Notes: a model not told the origin generated them from the letters alone. A DNA stretch of 39,965 nucleotides from an uncultured Deferribacteres bacterium (GCA_964014485.1 CAXHAT010000059.1:1-39965), one strand, 5' to 3'. Shown: positions 1 through 9,036, counted from the first letter of the stretch. Numbers and translations are program-made.

Positions 1-56
1 TGCGCCGATCTCAATTGCCGAGTTTAGCCTATAAATCCACTAGCACCAAAGGTTAG
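1..56. mobile_element. Terminal fragment of an IS (probably IS630-like), with terminal inverted repeat at 39-56
   Basis: ACTAGCACCAAAGGTTA (39-55) is the exact reverse complement of 39911-39927. It is followed by g56 and TA (57-58), the putative duplicated target. Confidence 0.7.
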
Positions 57-57
57 T

Positions 58-177
58 ATATGTGAGGGCTTCTCCGACAGCCATTTTGCTTACTTTTCGA
101 ATTTTGATCAGATCGACCAATTCAGATTCAAGCTCGCCAAGCTTTGTAGACAATTCGGGGACTTTGAAATCGAACAT
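58..177 (-). pseudogene. N-terminal 40 codons of an IS-interrupted hypothetical gene
   Basis: ATG at 177 reads MFDFKVPELSTKLGELESELVDLIKIRKVSKMAVGEALTY into the repeat. It continues in frame at 39908 if the ends are joined through one TA. Confidence 0.7.
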
Positions 178-220
178 AGCATATTTGAATATTAGAGATT
201 TCAACTTCCTTTGAGGGTAT

Positions 221-250
221 CCCGCCCCCTGCCGACAGGCAAGGGACGGG
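221..250. terminator. GC-rich hairpin downstream of 259..555
   Basis: CCCGCCCCCTGCC-GACA-GGCAAGGGACGGG imperfect stem; no clear U tract. Confidence 0.35.
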
Positions 251-258
251 AATAACGA

Positions 259-555
259 TCATTCGCTTTTATCATCCCACATGAGCGAGATCGCGGGAAG
301 CGGCAAGTGATAGCGCTCAAAAAGATGCATAAGGTGATGACAACTAATTGCTATTTGCTTGACGAGCACTTTTTGACTGACGTTTTCCGCTTTGACAAGC
401 TGGGCCACCAGCGAATGAAGATATGTGTCAAGAAGGACTATTTTGGCTTCCGTGCGAAGTCCGTTATGATCTGCCACGTAGGAGACAGGATCATGCACAG
501 CTTCCTTGATTTTTCCCATATGATTGACAGTGAAGGTTATATCTGATATGATCAA
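259..555 (-). CDS. Hypothetical protein (98 aa)
   Basis: Co-oriented ORF just downstream of the DUF2958 gene; no recognised motif. Confidence 0.5.
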   Translation of the reverse strand: MIISDITFTVNHMGKIKEAVHDPVSYVADHNGLRTEAKIVLLDTYLHSLVAQLVKAENVSQKVLVKQIAISCHHLMHLFERYHLPLPAISLMWDDKSE

Positions 556-577
556 TGAAGACCTTTGTTGGCGGCTT

Positions 578-901
578 TTAAGCCGCTCTTTTTCTTTTCA
601 GCGCCCAGTACAAGTCATGCGCCGGCGTTGGCGTGAAATAAAAATCTCGCTCGATTTCCATGCCGCGCTGTCCCCTGTTTTTCATCAGCTCCGAGAGCAA
701 AAATGATCCATACTCAAGTTCAAACCCGTCAACCAGGCCGTAAAATAAGTCTTTGCCGTCAAATTCAATTCCATACCACGTCCAGGAAAAATCAGGGTAA
801 AAGAACTTAACGACGGCCAGCGGATTCTCCTGATTGTAAGCTTCACCAAGTCCGGGAAGCTGCGTGAGAATGTCAGGCGGCAGTAGTTGCTCGCGAGTCA
901 T
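578..901 (-). CDS. DUF2958-family protein
   Basis: Typical motif VVKFFYPDFSWTWYGIEFDG..FYGLVDGFELEYGSFLLSEL..IERDFYF. Confidence 0.85.
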   Translation of the reverse strand: MTREQLLPPDILTQLPGLGEAYNQENPLAVVKFFYPDFSWTWYGIEFDGKDLFYGLVDGFELEYGSFLLSELMKNRGQRGMEIERDFYFTPTPAHDLYWALKRKRAA

Positions 902-916
902 ACGCGTATATGTGAT

Positions 917-1123
917 TTAGAGCAAGTCATCCGACTTGTCATTTGAGGATTGACCTTTTGAAGATTTTGCAGGCGGTTTCGTACCGACCTTTTTCTTGCC
1001 GTTGCGGTAGGATTCCAAGAGCTTTGCGCGAAGAATGTCAAAGAAGCGTTCCCGTCCGCCTTCTTGCCGACATTCGTCAAGCGCGCGCTCAAGCTCCTGC
1101 ACCGCATCATCGAGGTAAGACAT
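917..1123 (-). CDS. Small hypothetical protein (68 aa, MSYLDDAV...LLESYRNGKK)
   Basis: ATG at 1123 gives a helical, charged peptide. The upstream extension in the ORF track looks non-coding. Confidence 0.6.
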   Translation of the reverse strand: MSYLDDAVQELERALDECRQEGGRERFFDILRAKLLESYRNGKKKVGTKPPAKSSKGQSSNDKSDDLL

Positions 1124-1531
1124 AGATTGGCAATGAGCATTATATTTTCCGAGTGGCTCGACCTTTTTTCCCAAGGCCACCTGATGGCGGGGTGGCATCA
1201 CTGCGCCGGCTGTCAAGTCCCGCTCGAAAATAAAAGCTGGGAAATGCGAAGGCTCAAAAAAAAGAGGAAAACAGCGCAGGGCTGGTGTGGTAAAATTTCC
1301 TACCACATCAGACATGGGATGTTTTCCGGATTCCTTAAATGTGCGCCGCAGTATTTTTCAGCTTCCAAAGCGTTCGCGGTGACTTTACAGCTTTAGGCGC
1401 AGGGGTGCTACCCTGGCAGCAGGTGGCCTCCTCCCCGCTCCAAACGTTCCTTTTCCGCTCACGATTTTGTTCTGCTCATCTAGTTTAATCAAGCGCCGGG
1501 CAAGGTGTTGGACGTACGGCGCAACTGGGCT

Positions 1532-1795
1532 ATCCGCCGCCGTCGAGGTACGCGGAGCGGCCTCGACCACCCCCTTTCAGGTTGAGCGCTCTTTGATCTA
1601 AAATCAATAGATATGCGCGAAACCCAAAGAGATCCCGCCTGCGACTCATGAGCGGGCGCGGTCGATGCCGCCGGAATCCAGCAACGGGACCCGGCAGATT
1701 GGGCGGTTTGTGCCGATGGGACCCGATCTGTTGGGATGATGGTGACGGTGAAAGGGGGTGGTCGAGGGCGGGATCGCCCGAAGACGGCGGCGGAT
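1532..1795. repeat. Nested long-range inverted repeats (structured non-coding element)
   Basis: 1532-1544 pairs with 1783-1795 (13 bp) and 1561-1579 pairs with 1749-1767 (19 bp); both are perfect. Confidence 0.75.
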
Positions 1796-1948
1796 GAGGC
1801 TGTATGAGTGACGCTCTAAATTCGAATACATGCAGGATTTACGTGCGTCCGAATCAGGCTCAAAATTTTTCGTGCTGTTGTTTTCACTGCGTTTTCTAAG
1901 ATCGCTCGGCTATTACTCCAAAAAGACGATTTGAAAACCACAAAAAGC

Positions 1949-1965
1949 GTGCACTTTTAAGTAGG
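1949..1965 (-). repeat. Solitary inverted iteron downstream of rep
   Basis: GTGCACTTTTAAGTAGG is the reverse complement of the iteron CCTACTTAAAAGTGCAC. Confidence 0.85.
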
Positions 1966-1986
1966 TTTTTGGCTGACGTTCGCAAC

Positions 1987-3657
1987 TCAGCCAGCGTTCT
2001 GTTCGGGGTCTTCTTCCGAATTTATCTTTGCACTCAAACCTTGCATTCTTTTCTCAAGATCACCCATTCTCTCTTTTCGCGCCTTGAGTTGCCCCGGCAA
2101 AATCTTCTTGCTGTAGTCGCGAAGCAACGCCTTGTCAGCATCACTTTCCGGAAGCCGGTTGTGCTCTTTCCGAAACCACCCAAAAACATTTTCCGTGTAC
2201 AGAGTTTCAATCTGTCCGTCATGATCCGCATTGAGAAAATTCTCGATTTTGGCAAATTCGGTTTGCAGCTCCGACAATTGTTCCCGCGCTTTCGAAGGCC
2301 GTTTCCTTTTTTGCGCCTTTTGCTTTTCGTCTTTGGTTGCAAAACCGGACGGGTCGCTCCAGTCTTCTTCAATGGATTTTCTCAGGAATCCGGCCGGGTT
2401 TTTTCCCGCCTTTTCCGGGCGGTTCTCTTTCAGCCAATCGAATACCGTAATCTTATGCTCGATTTTGGCGCCTGAGTGCTCTCTGGAGAGCTTCTGAGCC
2501 GTTTTGCGGCTTATCCCTCGACTCACGAGCTTATCGACGCTCTCAGCGCCGTTTTCGCGCTCTGGGAATGAAAGCTGGGCAGACGTTTTACGACGGCGCG
2601 GCGGCAACGCAACCGTGGTGCGAATTTCCGACTTGTTTTTCTCGTATTCGGCTCGCGCTCGCTTGCCGATGTGATATTGCAATTTCCAGTCATTGGCGTC
2701 AGGCGCGTCGAGCCATTCGACTGCGGAGAGATACTGCGTTTCAATCAAAAGATCATGAGCGCGCTTCAACTGCTTCTTTGCCTTCCACTGAGGTGATTGG
2801 CGGGTCAACGGCAGATAGGCGCACAGCCGGGAGTACTTGGTCTCGTAATATTTTTGCTTGCGTTCAAGCGTTGCGAAAAAATTGATGCAGAGCGTTTCAT
2901 AGAGCCGCGTGGTGATCGCTCCTGTCAGGCTCGTATAATAATTCCAATCGAGCGGCACCACATAATTGGCATTGATGTTTTGCAAAAACCAAGTTCCAAG
3001 CTCAACGAACACGGCATCCGCAACCGTGCCGTCGGTCATTACATCGCCGCGAAAAATCACCCGGTTGTAGAGGTTGAAGCTGTCGCTCATGTGCTTTTTC
3101 GTTTTGTCTGCTTTAAGCTGAAAAGACCCTTCCGCCTGGATAGTCGCCCCCTTGATGCTTCGCAGGCCGTCCTGGATCGCCTTGATGTTTTTCCCGGAAT
3201 TCGAATTGATTCCCATGACCCGCGCAATGTACCGAAGCGACCCGAGTCGCACTGGATTCTCAACAGGCTTTGGCGCAGCATTCAAAATTTGCTCGACGGC
3301 CCGGTGAATGCGTTTCTCAAAATCGCCGGGGAAACGATGCTCAATATTCCGACTCACCTTCCAGTACACCCGCATCGTCCCTTCTTTCGTCTCCACCATT
3401 TCATCGATCTCGAGTTTTGCGCGCTTGCTGTCGCGCCCCAGATCGAAAAACGGAAATTTGAGAAAATTCAGTTCCGTACGCAGCGTTTGCGGAATATCAA
3501 GGTTGAGGCCAAGCTGTTTCTTTTTCGCAAGTTTTTTGCGTTGACCTTTCAAAGATGATGCGTCGTCGCCATCCTTCTGTCGGGATGCGCGAGTTGTTTT
3601 TTTCGGCAAATCAAGCCCCGTGAATTTGGTGTAATGCTGGAAAAATTCATCCCCCAT
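1987..3657 (-). CDS. repA: Plasmid replication initiator, RepA/RPA-like (ATG 3657; alternative TTG 3678)
   Basis: ELNFLKFPFF N-terminal motif, SLRYIARVMG winged helix, C-terminal KNPAGFLRKSIEEDW motif; iterons on both sides; par cassette adjacent. Confidence 0.8.
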   Translation of the reverse strand: MGDEFFQHYTKFTGLDLPKKTTRASRQKDGDDASSLKGQRKKLAKKKQLGLNLDIPQTLRTELNFLKFPFFDLGRDSKRAKLEIDEMVETKEGTMRVYWKVSRNIEHRFPGDFEKRIHRAVEQILNAAPKPVENPVRLGSLRYIARVMGINSNSGKNIKAIQDGLRSIKGATIQAEGSFQLKADKTKKHMSDSFNLYNRVIFRGDVMTDGTVADAVFVELGTWFLQNINANYVVPLDWNYYTSLTGAITTRLYETLCINFFATLERKQKYYETKYSRLCAYLPLTRQSPQWKAKKQLKRAHDLLIETQYLSAVEWLDAPDANDWKLQYHIGKRARAEYEKNKSEIRTTVALPPRRRKTSAQLSFPERENGAESVDKLVSRGISRKTAQKLSREHSGAKIEHKITVFDWLKENRPEKAGKNPAGFLRKSIEEDWSDPSGFATKDEKQKAQKRKRPSKAREQLSELQTEFAKIENFLNADHDGQIETLYTENVFGWFRKEHNRLPESDADKALLRDYSKKILPGQLKARKERMGDLEKRMQGLSAKINSEEDPEQNAG

Positions 3658-3671
3658 ATTTTTCAAAAAAG

Positions 3672-3720
3672 ACAACAACAGCTTCTATTGTTGTTGTTTA
3701 CTTAATTACTTAAATACTTA
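3672..3720. promoter_or_regulatory. Hairpin plus three AT-rich 8-mers (candidate unwinding element of oriV)
   Basis: ACAACAACA-N8-TGTTGTTGT at 3672-3697, then TACTTAAT TACTTAAA TACTTA at 3699-3720, next to the iterons. Confidence 0.5.
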
Positions 3721-3766
3721 GCCGGATTCATAAACCGCTAATTTTACAGCAATTCCAGCGATTTTC

Positions 3767-3974
3767 CCTACTCAAAAGTGCACAGAAACCTACTTAAAAG
3801 TGCACGCTTTCCTACTTAAAAGTGCACAGAACCCTACTCAAAAGTGCACACTTTTTCTTACAAGCCTACTCAAAAGTGCACACCCTTTTTTTGAGAAAAT
3901 AGCGCCTTTGCCGTGCCGGGATGTGTATCCCTGAACAGCAAGCATAGATTTGGCAAGCCTACTCAAAAGTGCAC
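3767..3974 (+). repeat. Iteron array / oriV: six copies of CCTACTYAAAAGTGCAC
   Basis: Copies start at 3767, 3789, 3811 and 3833 (22-bp period, two helical turns), then 3865 and 3958; all upstream of repA. Confidence 0.9.
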
Positions 3975-4108
3975 ACTTTGACAGATGGCAAATACCGCCG
4001 TATACTGACAACACAAAATCCGGCTCTCGTTAAATCAATGAGACCTTTTACGCGATGAAAGCCCAGGGCAATGGGCTTTTTCATTTTACCACATTTTGCA
4101 TATTCAAA

Positions 4109-4175
4109 AAATGCGAACTCAAGTTCGCATTTGTATCGGAGGCAAATCGAAAACACGAACTCGAGTTCGTGTTTT
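4109..4175. promoter_or_regulatory. Two related palindromes, candidate parS centromere
   Basis: AAATGCGAACT-CA-AGTTCGCATTT (4109-4132) and the perfect AAAACACGAACTCGAGTTCGTGTTTT (4150-4175) share the core CGAACTCRAGTTCG and abut the parB stop. Confidence 0.65.
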
Positions 4176-5078
4176 TCATTTTTTCAACCGCCTTTTGACA
4201 TCGTTAATCAGCGACTGAAGCTTCACCAGCAAGTCTTCGTCAGTCGCATAATGAATCAACAGTTTTTTGCCGGCCGGCTCTTGCGGCTCGCCAAGCAATG
4301 CACGCGCCATATCCATTGCCGCCCGTGCTGAAAGCGGGCCGTCGCGATAGGACTTCATTTGCCGCCAAAGCTGAAGTTGTTTATCGGGGTTGTCATGCAG
4401 AGCGTGTAATGCGCGTGCATGGACTTCTGTGAATGCAGTTTGTTCTTTTGTGCGCTTGCTTCCCACGGTCACGAGTTCTTTTTGGATAGCGTCCGGCAAC
4501 TCCAGGAGTTTGAGAAATTGCTGCCGCCTTCGAGGAGTCAAGTCAAGGCGCTCTTCGATTTCCGTCCACTTTACTTTTCGCTTTTCTTCCTGCTCGATGA
4601 CCGCCCGGTAGTTGATAATGCCTTTGGCTTTTTCGACCGGCGAGAGGTCTTCGCGCTGGATGTTTTCAATAAGCTGTTCGGCAATGCGGTCAACGTCGCT
4701 GATGTTCTTCCGGACAATACACGGCATTTCAGAAAGTCCGGCCATTTGCGATGCGCGATACCGGCGCTCGCCGGCAATAATCACGTATTTTTCAATTTCA
4801 GGATTCCAGGTGGCGCTAATCGGCGTTTTCACGCCATAGCGCTTGATCGATTTGGAGAGATTTTCGAGTTCTTCCTGATTGAAATGTTCTCGCGGCTGAT
4901 TTTCATCGCGGACGATAAGGTGAATCGGCACAAAGGCGGCTTCCCGCATGCGTCGCGTTTCTTTTTGACGCGGTTTTGTCAGCTTTGCAAGATCAAGCTC
5001 GTCATCATGAGAATCGGTTTTGGTGATGGTCTCAAAGCGCTCGGTGATGATTTTTTTTCGCTTGCTGTCCATGCTCAT
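4176..5078 (-). CDS. parB: ParB/Spo0J partition protein
   Basis: QPREHF, LSKSIKRYGVKTPI, IIAGERRYRA (arginine patch), ENIQREDLSPVE; overlaps the parA stop. Confidence 0.95.
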   Translation of the reverse strand: MSMDSKRKKIITERFETITKTDSHDDELDLAKLTKPRQKETRRMREAAFVPIHLIVRDENQPREHFNQEELENLSKSIKRYGVKTPISATWNPEIEKYVIIAGERRYRASQMAGLSEMPCIVRKNISDVDRIAEQLIENIQREDLSPVEKAKGIINYRAVIEQEEKRKVKWTEIEERLDLTPRRRQQFLKLLELPDAIQKELVTVGSKRTKEQTAFTEVHARALHALHDNPDKQLQLWRQMKSYRDGPLSARAAMDMARALLGEPQEPAGKKLLIHYATDEDLLVKLQSLINDVKRRLKK

Positions 5079-5881
5079 ACACTGGCGGAATAGTTAATGC
5101 GTTGCAAAATTTCCGTGCGAAACGCGCGATAGCTGTCGGCTTGCTCGGAGTGCGGCTTGGACATGGTGACCGGCTGGCCGTGTATCGAAACTTCGGCGTA
5201 TTCGTTGTTGTCGCGAAATTCAGCCTTGAAAACAAGCTCCTTGAATTTGTTCTGAATTTCATCATGGAAAATGCGTTCGTTGCCGCGTCTGCTGTCGAAT
5301 TTATTGATAATCACGCCGAGCAAGGCAAGGTCGGGATTTTCCTTTTGTTGAATTTCCTGGGTAAACGAAACGGTCTCGGCAAGTTCGGCAATCGAAAGGT
5401 CGCTGCACTCAGTCGGGATGATAATGCCGTTTGCCGCGATCAGCGCCATTGTGGTGGCAAGCTTGAACGAGCTGTGGCAGTCAATGATGATAAAGTCATA
5501 CTGATCGCGCACCGGTTCAAGCGCAATATCGAGGAATTCCGACGATTCTGAAAAATCAGTAAAGAACCGGTCAAGGTTCTTGAGCATTTTGCTTGACGGC
5601 AACAGATCGAGCTTGTCGATCCCGGTCCTTCGAATGGCGTCGACTGCTAAAATGCGTTCACCGTCATCTTTGTCTTCATCGATGAAATCATAGAGAATAT
5701 TCCAGATACCGGGTTTGAGCGACTTTTGACCGGTGAGAATCGAGGTGAGACTGCCTTGTTCGTCCATATCGACAACCAATATTCGAAACCCGGCTTCCGC
5801 AAGGACGCCGGCAAGGTTGAACGAGACGTTGGTTTTACCGATTCCGCCTTTTCGGTTTGCGATTGCAAAGATATGCGCCAT
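5075..5881 (-). CDS. parA: ParA/Soj partition ATPase
   Basis: Deviant Walker A NRKGGIGKT, ILVVDMDEQG, YDFIIIDC. Confidence 0.95.
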   Translation of the reverse strand: MAHIFAIANRKGGIGKTNVSFNLAGVLAEAGFRILVVDMDEQGSLTSILTGQKSLKPGIWNILYDFIDEDKDDGERILAVDAIRRTGIDKLDLLPSSKMLKNLDRFFTDFSESSEFLDIALEPVRDQYDFIIIDCHSSFKLATTMALIAANGIIIPTECSDLSIAELAETVSFTQEIQQKENPDLALLGVIINKFDSRRGNERIFHDEIQNKFKELVFKAEFRDNNEYAEVSIHGQPVTMSKPHSEQADSYRAFRTEILQRINYSASV

Positions 5882-5886
5882 AGAGC

Positions 5887-6099
5887 TTATGTTATGTTGT
5901 TGTTTTGTTGAAGATACAGTTTGATTGCGTGCGCAAGCTCGATGTTTTTGCGGCTCGCCTTTTGAGCCACGCGGATGTTGAACTCCATGACCAGGTCTTT
6001 TGGGATTTCTCCAGTAATTCGCAGGAGCGGTTGATCGCCGAAAGACGGCGGCTTTCCCCCAACGGGCACGGTTTCGGTTTTCTTCTTGCGCAAGCTCAT
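5887..6099 (-). CDS. Small ribbon-helix-helix-like DNA-binding protein (70 aa)
   Basis: RITGEIPKDLVMEFNIRVAQKASRKNIELAHAIKLYL fits a beta-alpha-alpha RHH pattern; first gene of the par operon; ATG at 6099. Confidence 0.6.
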   Translation of the reverse strand: MSLRKKKTETVPVGGKPPSFGDQPLLRITGEIPKDLVMEFNIRVAQKASRKNIELAHAIKLYLQQNNNIT

Positions 6100-6105
6100 G
6101 GGATC

Positions 6106-6135
6106 ATCATAACAAGTTTTCGAGTATTTGTACAA
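6106..6135 (-). promoter_or_regulatory. Sigma70-type promoter of the par operon
   Basis: TTGTAC-18-TATGAT with an extended TGn, ending 6 nt before ATG 6099. Confidence 0.55.
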
Positions 6136-6204
6136 AAACCAAATAAGTGCAAGAAAGCGTTTTTTGTGAGTCTGCCAAATGAAAGTGAACGGACGCTGAT
6201 TGCA

Positions 6205-6233
6205 TTGACATGCGCAAAGATGCACGGTACGAT
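6205..6233 (+). promoter_or_regulatory. Sigma70-type promoter
   Basis: TTGACA-17-TACGAT, ending 6 nt before ATG 6240. Confidence 0.65.
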
Positions 6234-6239
6234 GAGGGC

Positions 6240-6749
6240 ATGACAACGAATGAACTCAAAGCGATTTTAAAAGAGGAGCTTGGCGGATTCCGTGACGAAA
6301 TACGCGGAGAGTTTGGTGAGTTCCGCAATGAGATACGTGGAGAACTTGGCGAATTTCGAAGTGAGTTTGATGCTTTTCGAGCTGAAGTGCGCACAGATAT
6401 TCAGCAGATCAACACACAGCTTGATAATGTTGAAGGACGACTTGGCAATGTTGAAGGAACCGCCGACAGCATGAAAAATCGTCTGGATCGGATCGAGCAA
6501 AACATGACGACAAAGCAGGACGTCGAGCGGATCGACGCGCATTTCACCGCGATCAAGGAAGACCTGACCCATATCGAAGAAGAATATCTTGACCCGATCA
6601 GGCAAGGCAATGCGGCTGTGGTTGAATTGGCTGAAAGCCGAAATCAGGATATAAAAGACGTGAAGAATAAAACGGCGAGCTTGGAGGAAGCGAGTCAAGA
6701 TCATGAAGATCGATTGCAACGATTGGAAATCAAGCCCGCAAGCGTATGA
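6240..6749 (+). CDS. Coiled-coil protein with 11-residue repeats
   Basis: GFRDEIRGEFG/EFRNEIRGELG/EFRSEF hendecads followed by heptads. ATG 6240 is preferred because ATG 6210 overlaps the -35 box. Confidence 0.75.
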   Translation: MTTNELKAILKEELGGFRDEIRGEFGEFRNEIRGELGEFRSEFDAFRAEVRTDIQQINTQLDNVEGRLGNVEGTADSMKNRLDRIEQNMTTKQDVERIDAHFTAIKEDLTHIEEEYLDPIRQGNAAVVELAESRNQDIKDVKNKTASLEEASQDHEDRLQRLEIKPASV

Positions 6750-6916
6750 CGCACGATGCGCAATCGGAAAACTCAAGTGACGAGCTGGTCGTTGAACCAA
6801 TCTCAGAATCAACTCAAACGCCGCTGGCTGAGCTTGCCAGCGGACGCTTTGTGATTATGAGCGACGGCAGCGTCATTTTTGAGCCGGAGTTTGTTGAATC
6901 ACGGCGTTACGCGTGA
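6746..6916 (+). CDS. Small acidic hypothetical protein (56 aa, not in the ORF track)
   Basis: ATGA overlap with the previous stop; MTHDAQSENSSDELVVEPISESTQTPLAELASGRFVIMSDGSVIFEPEFVESRRYA. Confidence 0.45.
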   Translation: MTHDAQSENSSDELVVEPISESTQTPLAELASGRFVIMSDGSVIFEPEFVESRRYA

Positions 6917-6999
6917 AGTTTGATAAAAGTCGTCTTTAGCGTCAGTCCCCTGCTTCAGCCCGAATACGACAATGCAAAAACCCGTTAAAATCTCATTTT

Positions 7000-8376
7000 T
7001 TGGCTAAGGTTAGCAAAAAACATCCTTCCCGACGTCATCACGGCACAGCTCGCGTTCTGCCCAAAGGCCGTTCGCCGACGATCTTTGCCAAAGGCATGGT
7101 CGGATATTATGAGCGCCAATTCGGCCTGACGCAGGCTGATCGGCGTTATCATCTGTATTCGATTGGCCGTACCGGAACCGGCAAAAGCACGCTGTTTCTG
7201 AAAATGATCGCCCAGGACCTGGCCGCCGGGCGAGGACTGGCGCTGATCGATCCACACGGCGACTTGGCGGAGTCAGCGCTTTCATACGTTCCCAAGCGCC
7301 GCCTGCAGGACGTGATCTACTTTCATCCCGCCGACGCCGAGCACCCGGTCGGATTGAATGTTTTCGAACCGGAAAAGAACGCGCCGCATTATTTGGTCGC
7401 AGCGAATATCGTGAGCATTTTTCGAAAATCATGGAAGGAGTTTTGGGGGCCGCGCATGGGATATTTACTGGAGAACGCTATTTTGGCATTGCTCGAATAT
7501 CCAAACGCAACTCTACTTGGACTGCAGCGCTTGCTCACAGACGTCCAATATCGGAACAAGGTTATTGCCGGAGTCACCGACCCGGTAGTAAAACACTACT
7601 GGCAAGTACAATTTGTCGGCTTTCCAGAGCGATTGTTGCCTGAGATCACGTCGCCGGTACTCAATAAGGTCGGATCGTTTTTGGCGAACGACGCGGTAAG
7701 AAACATTGTCGGCCAAAAGCGAAGCGCCATAAACTTTCGCGATCTGATGGATAAGAAGCGAATTTTGATCGCCAATCTTTCCAAAGGGAAAATCGGCGAA
7801 TCCGGCGCTAACCTGCTCGGCTCGCTCTTGATTGCAAAGCTGCAATTTGCGGCCATGGCGCGGGCGGATACGCCGGAAGACCGGCGGCAAGACTTCAATC
7901 TCTTTGTGGATGAGTTTCAGAACTTCGTGACCGAAAGCTTTGCAGATATTCTTGCCGAGGCGCGCAAATACAGGCTCTGTCTCCATCTTGCCAATCAGTA
8001 TCTTGGGCAAGTCGATGAAGGCATTCGCGACGCCGTGCTTGCCAATGCCGGCACGCTCGTTTCTTTCCGGCTGGGGCCGGATGATGCGCGCGTCATTGCG
8101 CGTGAGTTTGAACCGCAGTTTGACTATGTGCAAGTGATGAATCTTGATGCGCACGAGATTATTTGCAAGGTCATGGAAAAAGGAAAGGTGTCCCAGCCAA
8201 TACAGGGCGCAACGCTCTTGCCGTCTCGGTCGCCAAGCGAGAAACGCAAACGTGCGGCGATCAAACTGTCGCGAACGCGATATGCGAAAAAACGCACTTT
8301 GGTAGCAAGCGCGGTGAATGAATTTTTTGAGAGCGGCAACCAAGCTCAAAAGAAATCCGAAATTCTGCTACAATGA
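7000..8376 (+). CDS. VirD4/TrwB-like (HerA/DUF87 superfamily) coupling-type ATPase, no transmembrane anchor
   Basis: HLYSIGRTGTGKS (Walker A), LIDPHGD, LFVDEFQNF (Walker B), EARKYRLCLHLANQY. Start uncertain (TTG). Confidence 0.88.
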   Translation: MAKVSKKHPSRRHHGTARVLPKGRSPTIFAKGMVGYYERQFGLTQADRRYHLYSIGRTGTGKSTLFLKMIAQDLAAGRGLALIDPHGDLAESALSYVPKRRLQDVIYFHPADAEHPVGLNVFEPEKNAPHYLVAANIVSIFRKSWKEFWGPRMGYLLENAILALLEYPNATLLGLQRLLTDVQYRNKVIAGVTDPVVKHYWQVQFVGFPERLLPEITSPVLNKVGSFLANDAVRNIVGQKRSAINFRDLMDKKRILIANLSKGKIGESGANLLGSLLIAKLQFAAMARADTPEDRRQDFNLFVDEFQNFVTESFADILAEARKYRLCLHLANQYLGQVDEGIRDAVLANAGTLVSFRLGPDDARVIAREFEPQFDYVQVMNLDAHEIICKVMEKGKVSQPIQGATLLPSRSPSEKRKRAAIKLSRTRYAKKRTLVASAVNEFFESGNQAQKKSEILLQ

Positions 8377-8659
8377 GATCGCTTTCAGCACCCTTGATGT
8401 ATGAGCGTTGCCCATAACGCTTTCTATTTTTTCAGGGAACCCAGCTTACCCTGAAAAGCACGCGCGCGCAACAAGCTGGATTGCATGCGCGGACACATGT
8501 GTCAGCTAAGGACTGAAAGAAAAACACCACAAAAATGGAAAGCCTGCGGTTTGCCCGCGGGCTTTTCCTTTCCGCTGCATGAGTGCTTCGAGATGACAGC
8601 GCCATAAAACCCAGGTACAATGACGGCGCAACAAATCGTTCATTTTACCTGGAGGAAGC

Positions 8660-8932
8660 ATGCAATACTTGCCTGCGCCGTGCCCTTTTACTCAAGGGTG
8701 CGCCGGTACCGCGCACTATCATCCCATCCTTGTCGGAGAAGAAAATCCTGATAAGAATGGCGGCGACATCGAAATTGTTGTGACCCGGACGGTAACGATG
8801 CAATGCGACAACTGCGGTAAAACAGAAGTCGTGGTTTTTGATCGTCGGGCGCTGCCGCTCGATACGTTCATTGAACTGCCAACAATTGACGCTCTGCTCA
8901 TTGCAGGACATGCGGAAGCGACGATTCCTTAA
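8660..8932 (+). CDS. Small putative Zn-binding protein
   Basis: GGAGGA RBS; CPFTQGC and CDNC pairs; terminator downstream. Confidence 0.65.
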   Translation: MQYLPAPCPFTQGCAGTAHYHPILVGEENPDKNGGDIEIVVTRTVTMQCDNCGKTEVVVFDRRALPLDTFIELPTIDALLIAGHAEATIP

Positions 8933-8952
8933 ACTCTGTCAAGACCGTCTAG

Positions 8953-8987
8953 AGCCGGAATGCTTTCATGGCAAACCGGCTTTTTTT
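8953..8987 (+). terminator. Intrinsic terminator
   Basis: AGCCGG...CCGGCT followed by a T run. Confidence 0.55.
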
Positions 8988-9036
8988 ATGGAGAAAACCC
9001 TGTGCTTGATGAAGTACAGGGTTTCTGAATTGCCGA

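Noticed and set aside
2797..3558. 253-aa plus-strand ORF, and similar long ORFs at 4419-5093, 7513-8349, 17942-18646 and 30934-31794
   Set aside because: These are antisense shadows of well-supported genes and carry no motifs.
3767..3974. Repeat array as a CRISPR
   Set aside because: The 17-bp units are mostly separated by 5 bp, there are no spacer-sized unique sequences and no cas genes, and the position beside rep fits iterons.
5870..5898. TTATGTTATG as a second dif-like site
   Set aside because: There is no matching left arm, and it lies across the RHH stop and parA start.
6280..6370. 33-bp tandem repeat as an independent DNA element
   Set aside because: It is degenerate at synonymous positions and explained by 11-residue coiled-coil repeats.
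8941..9000. Resemblance to 34125-34170 (hairpin, T run, ATGGA)
   Set aside because: The similarity is short and expected of generic terminators.
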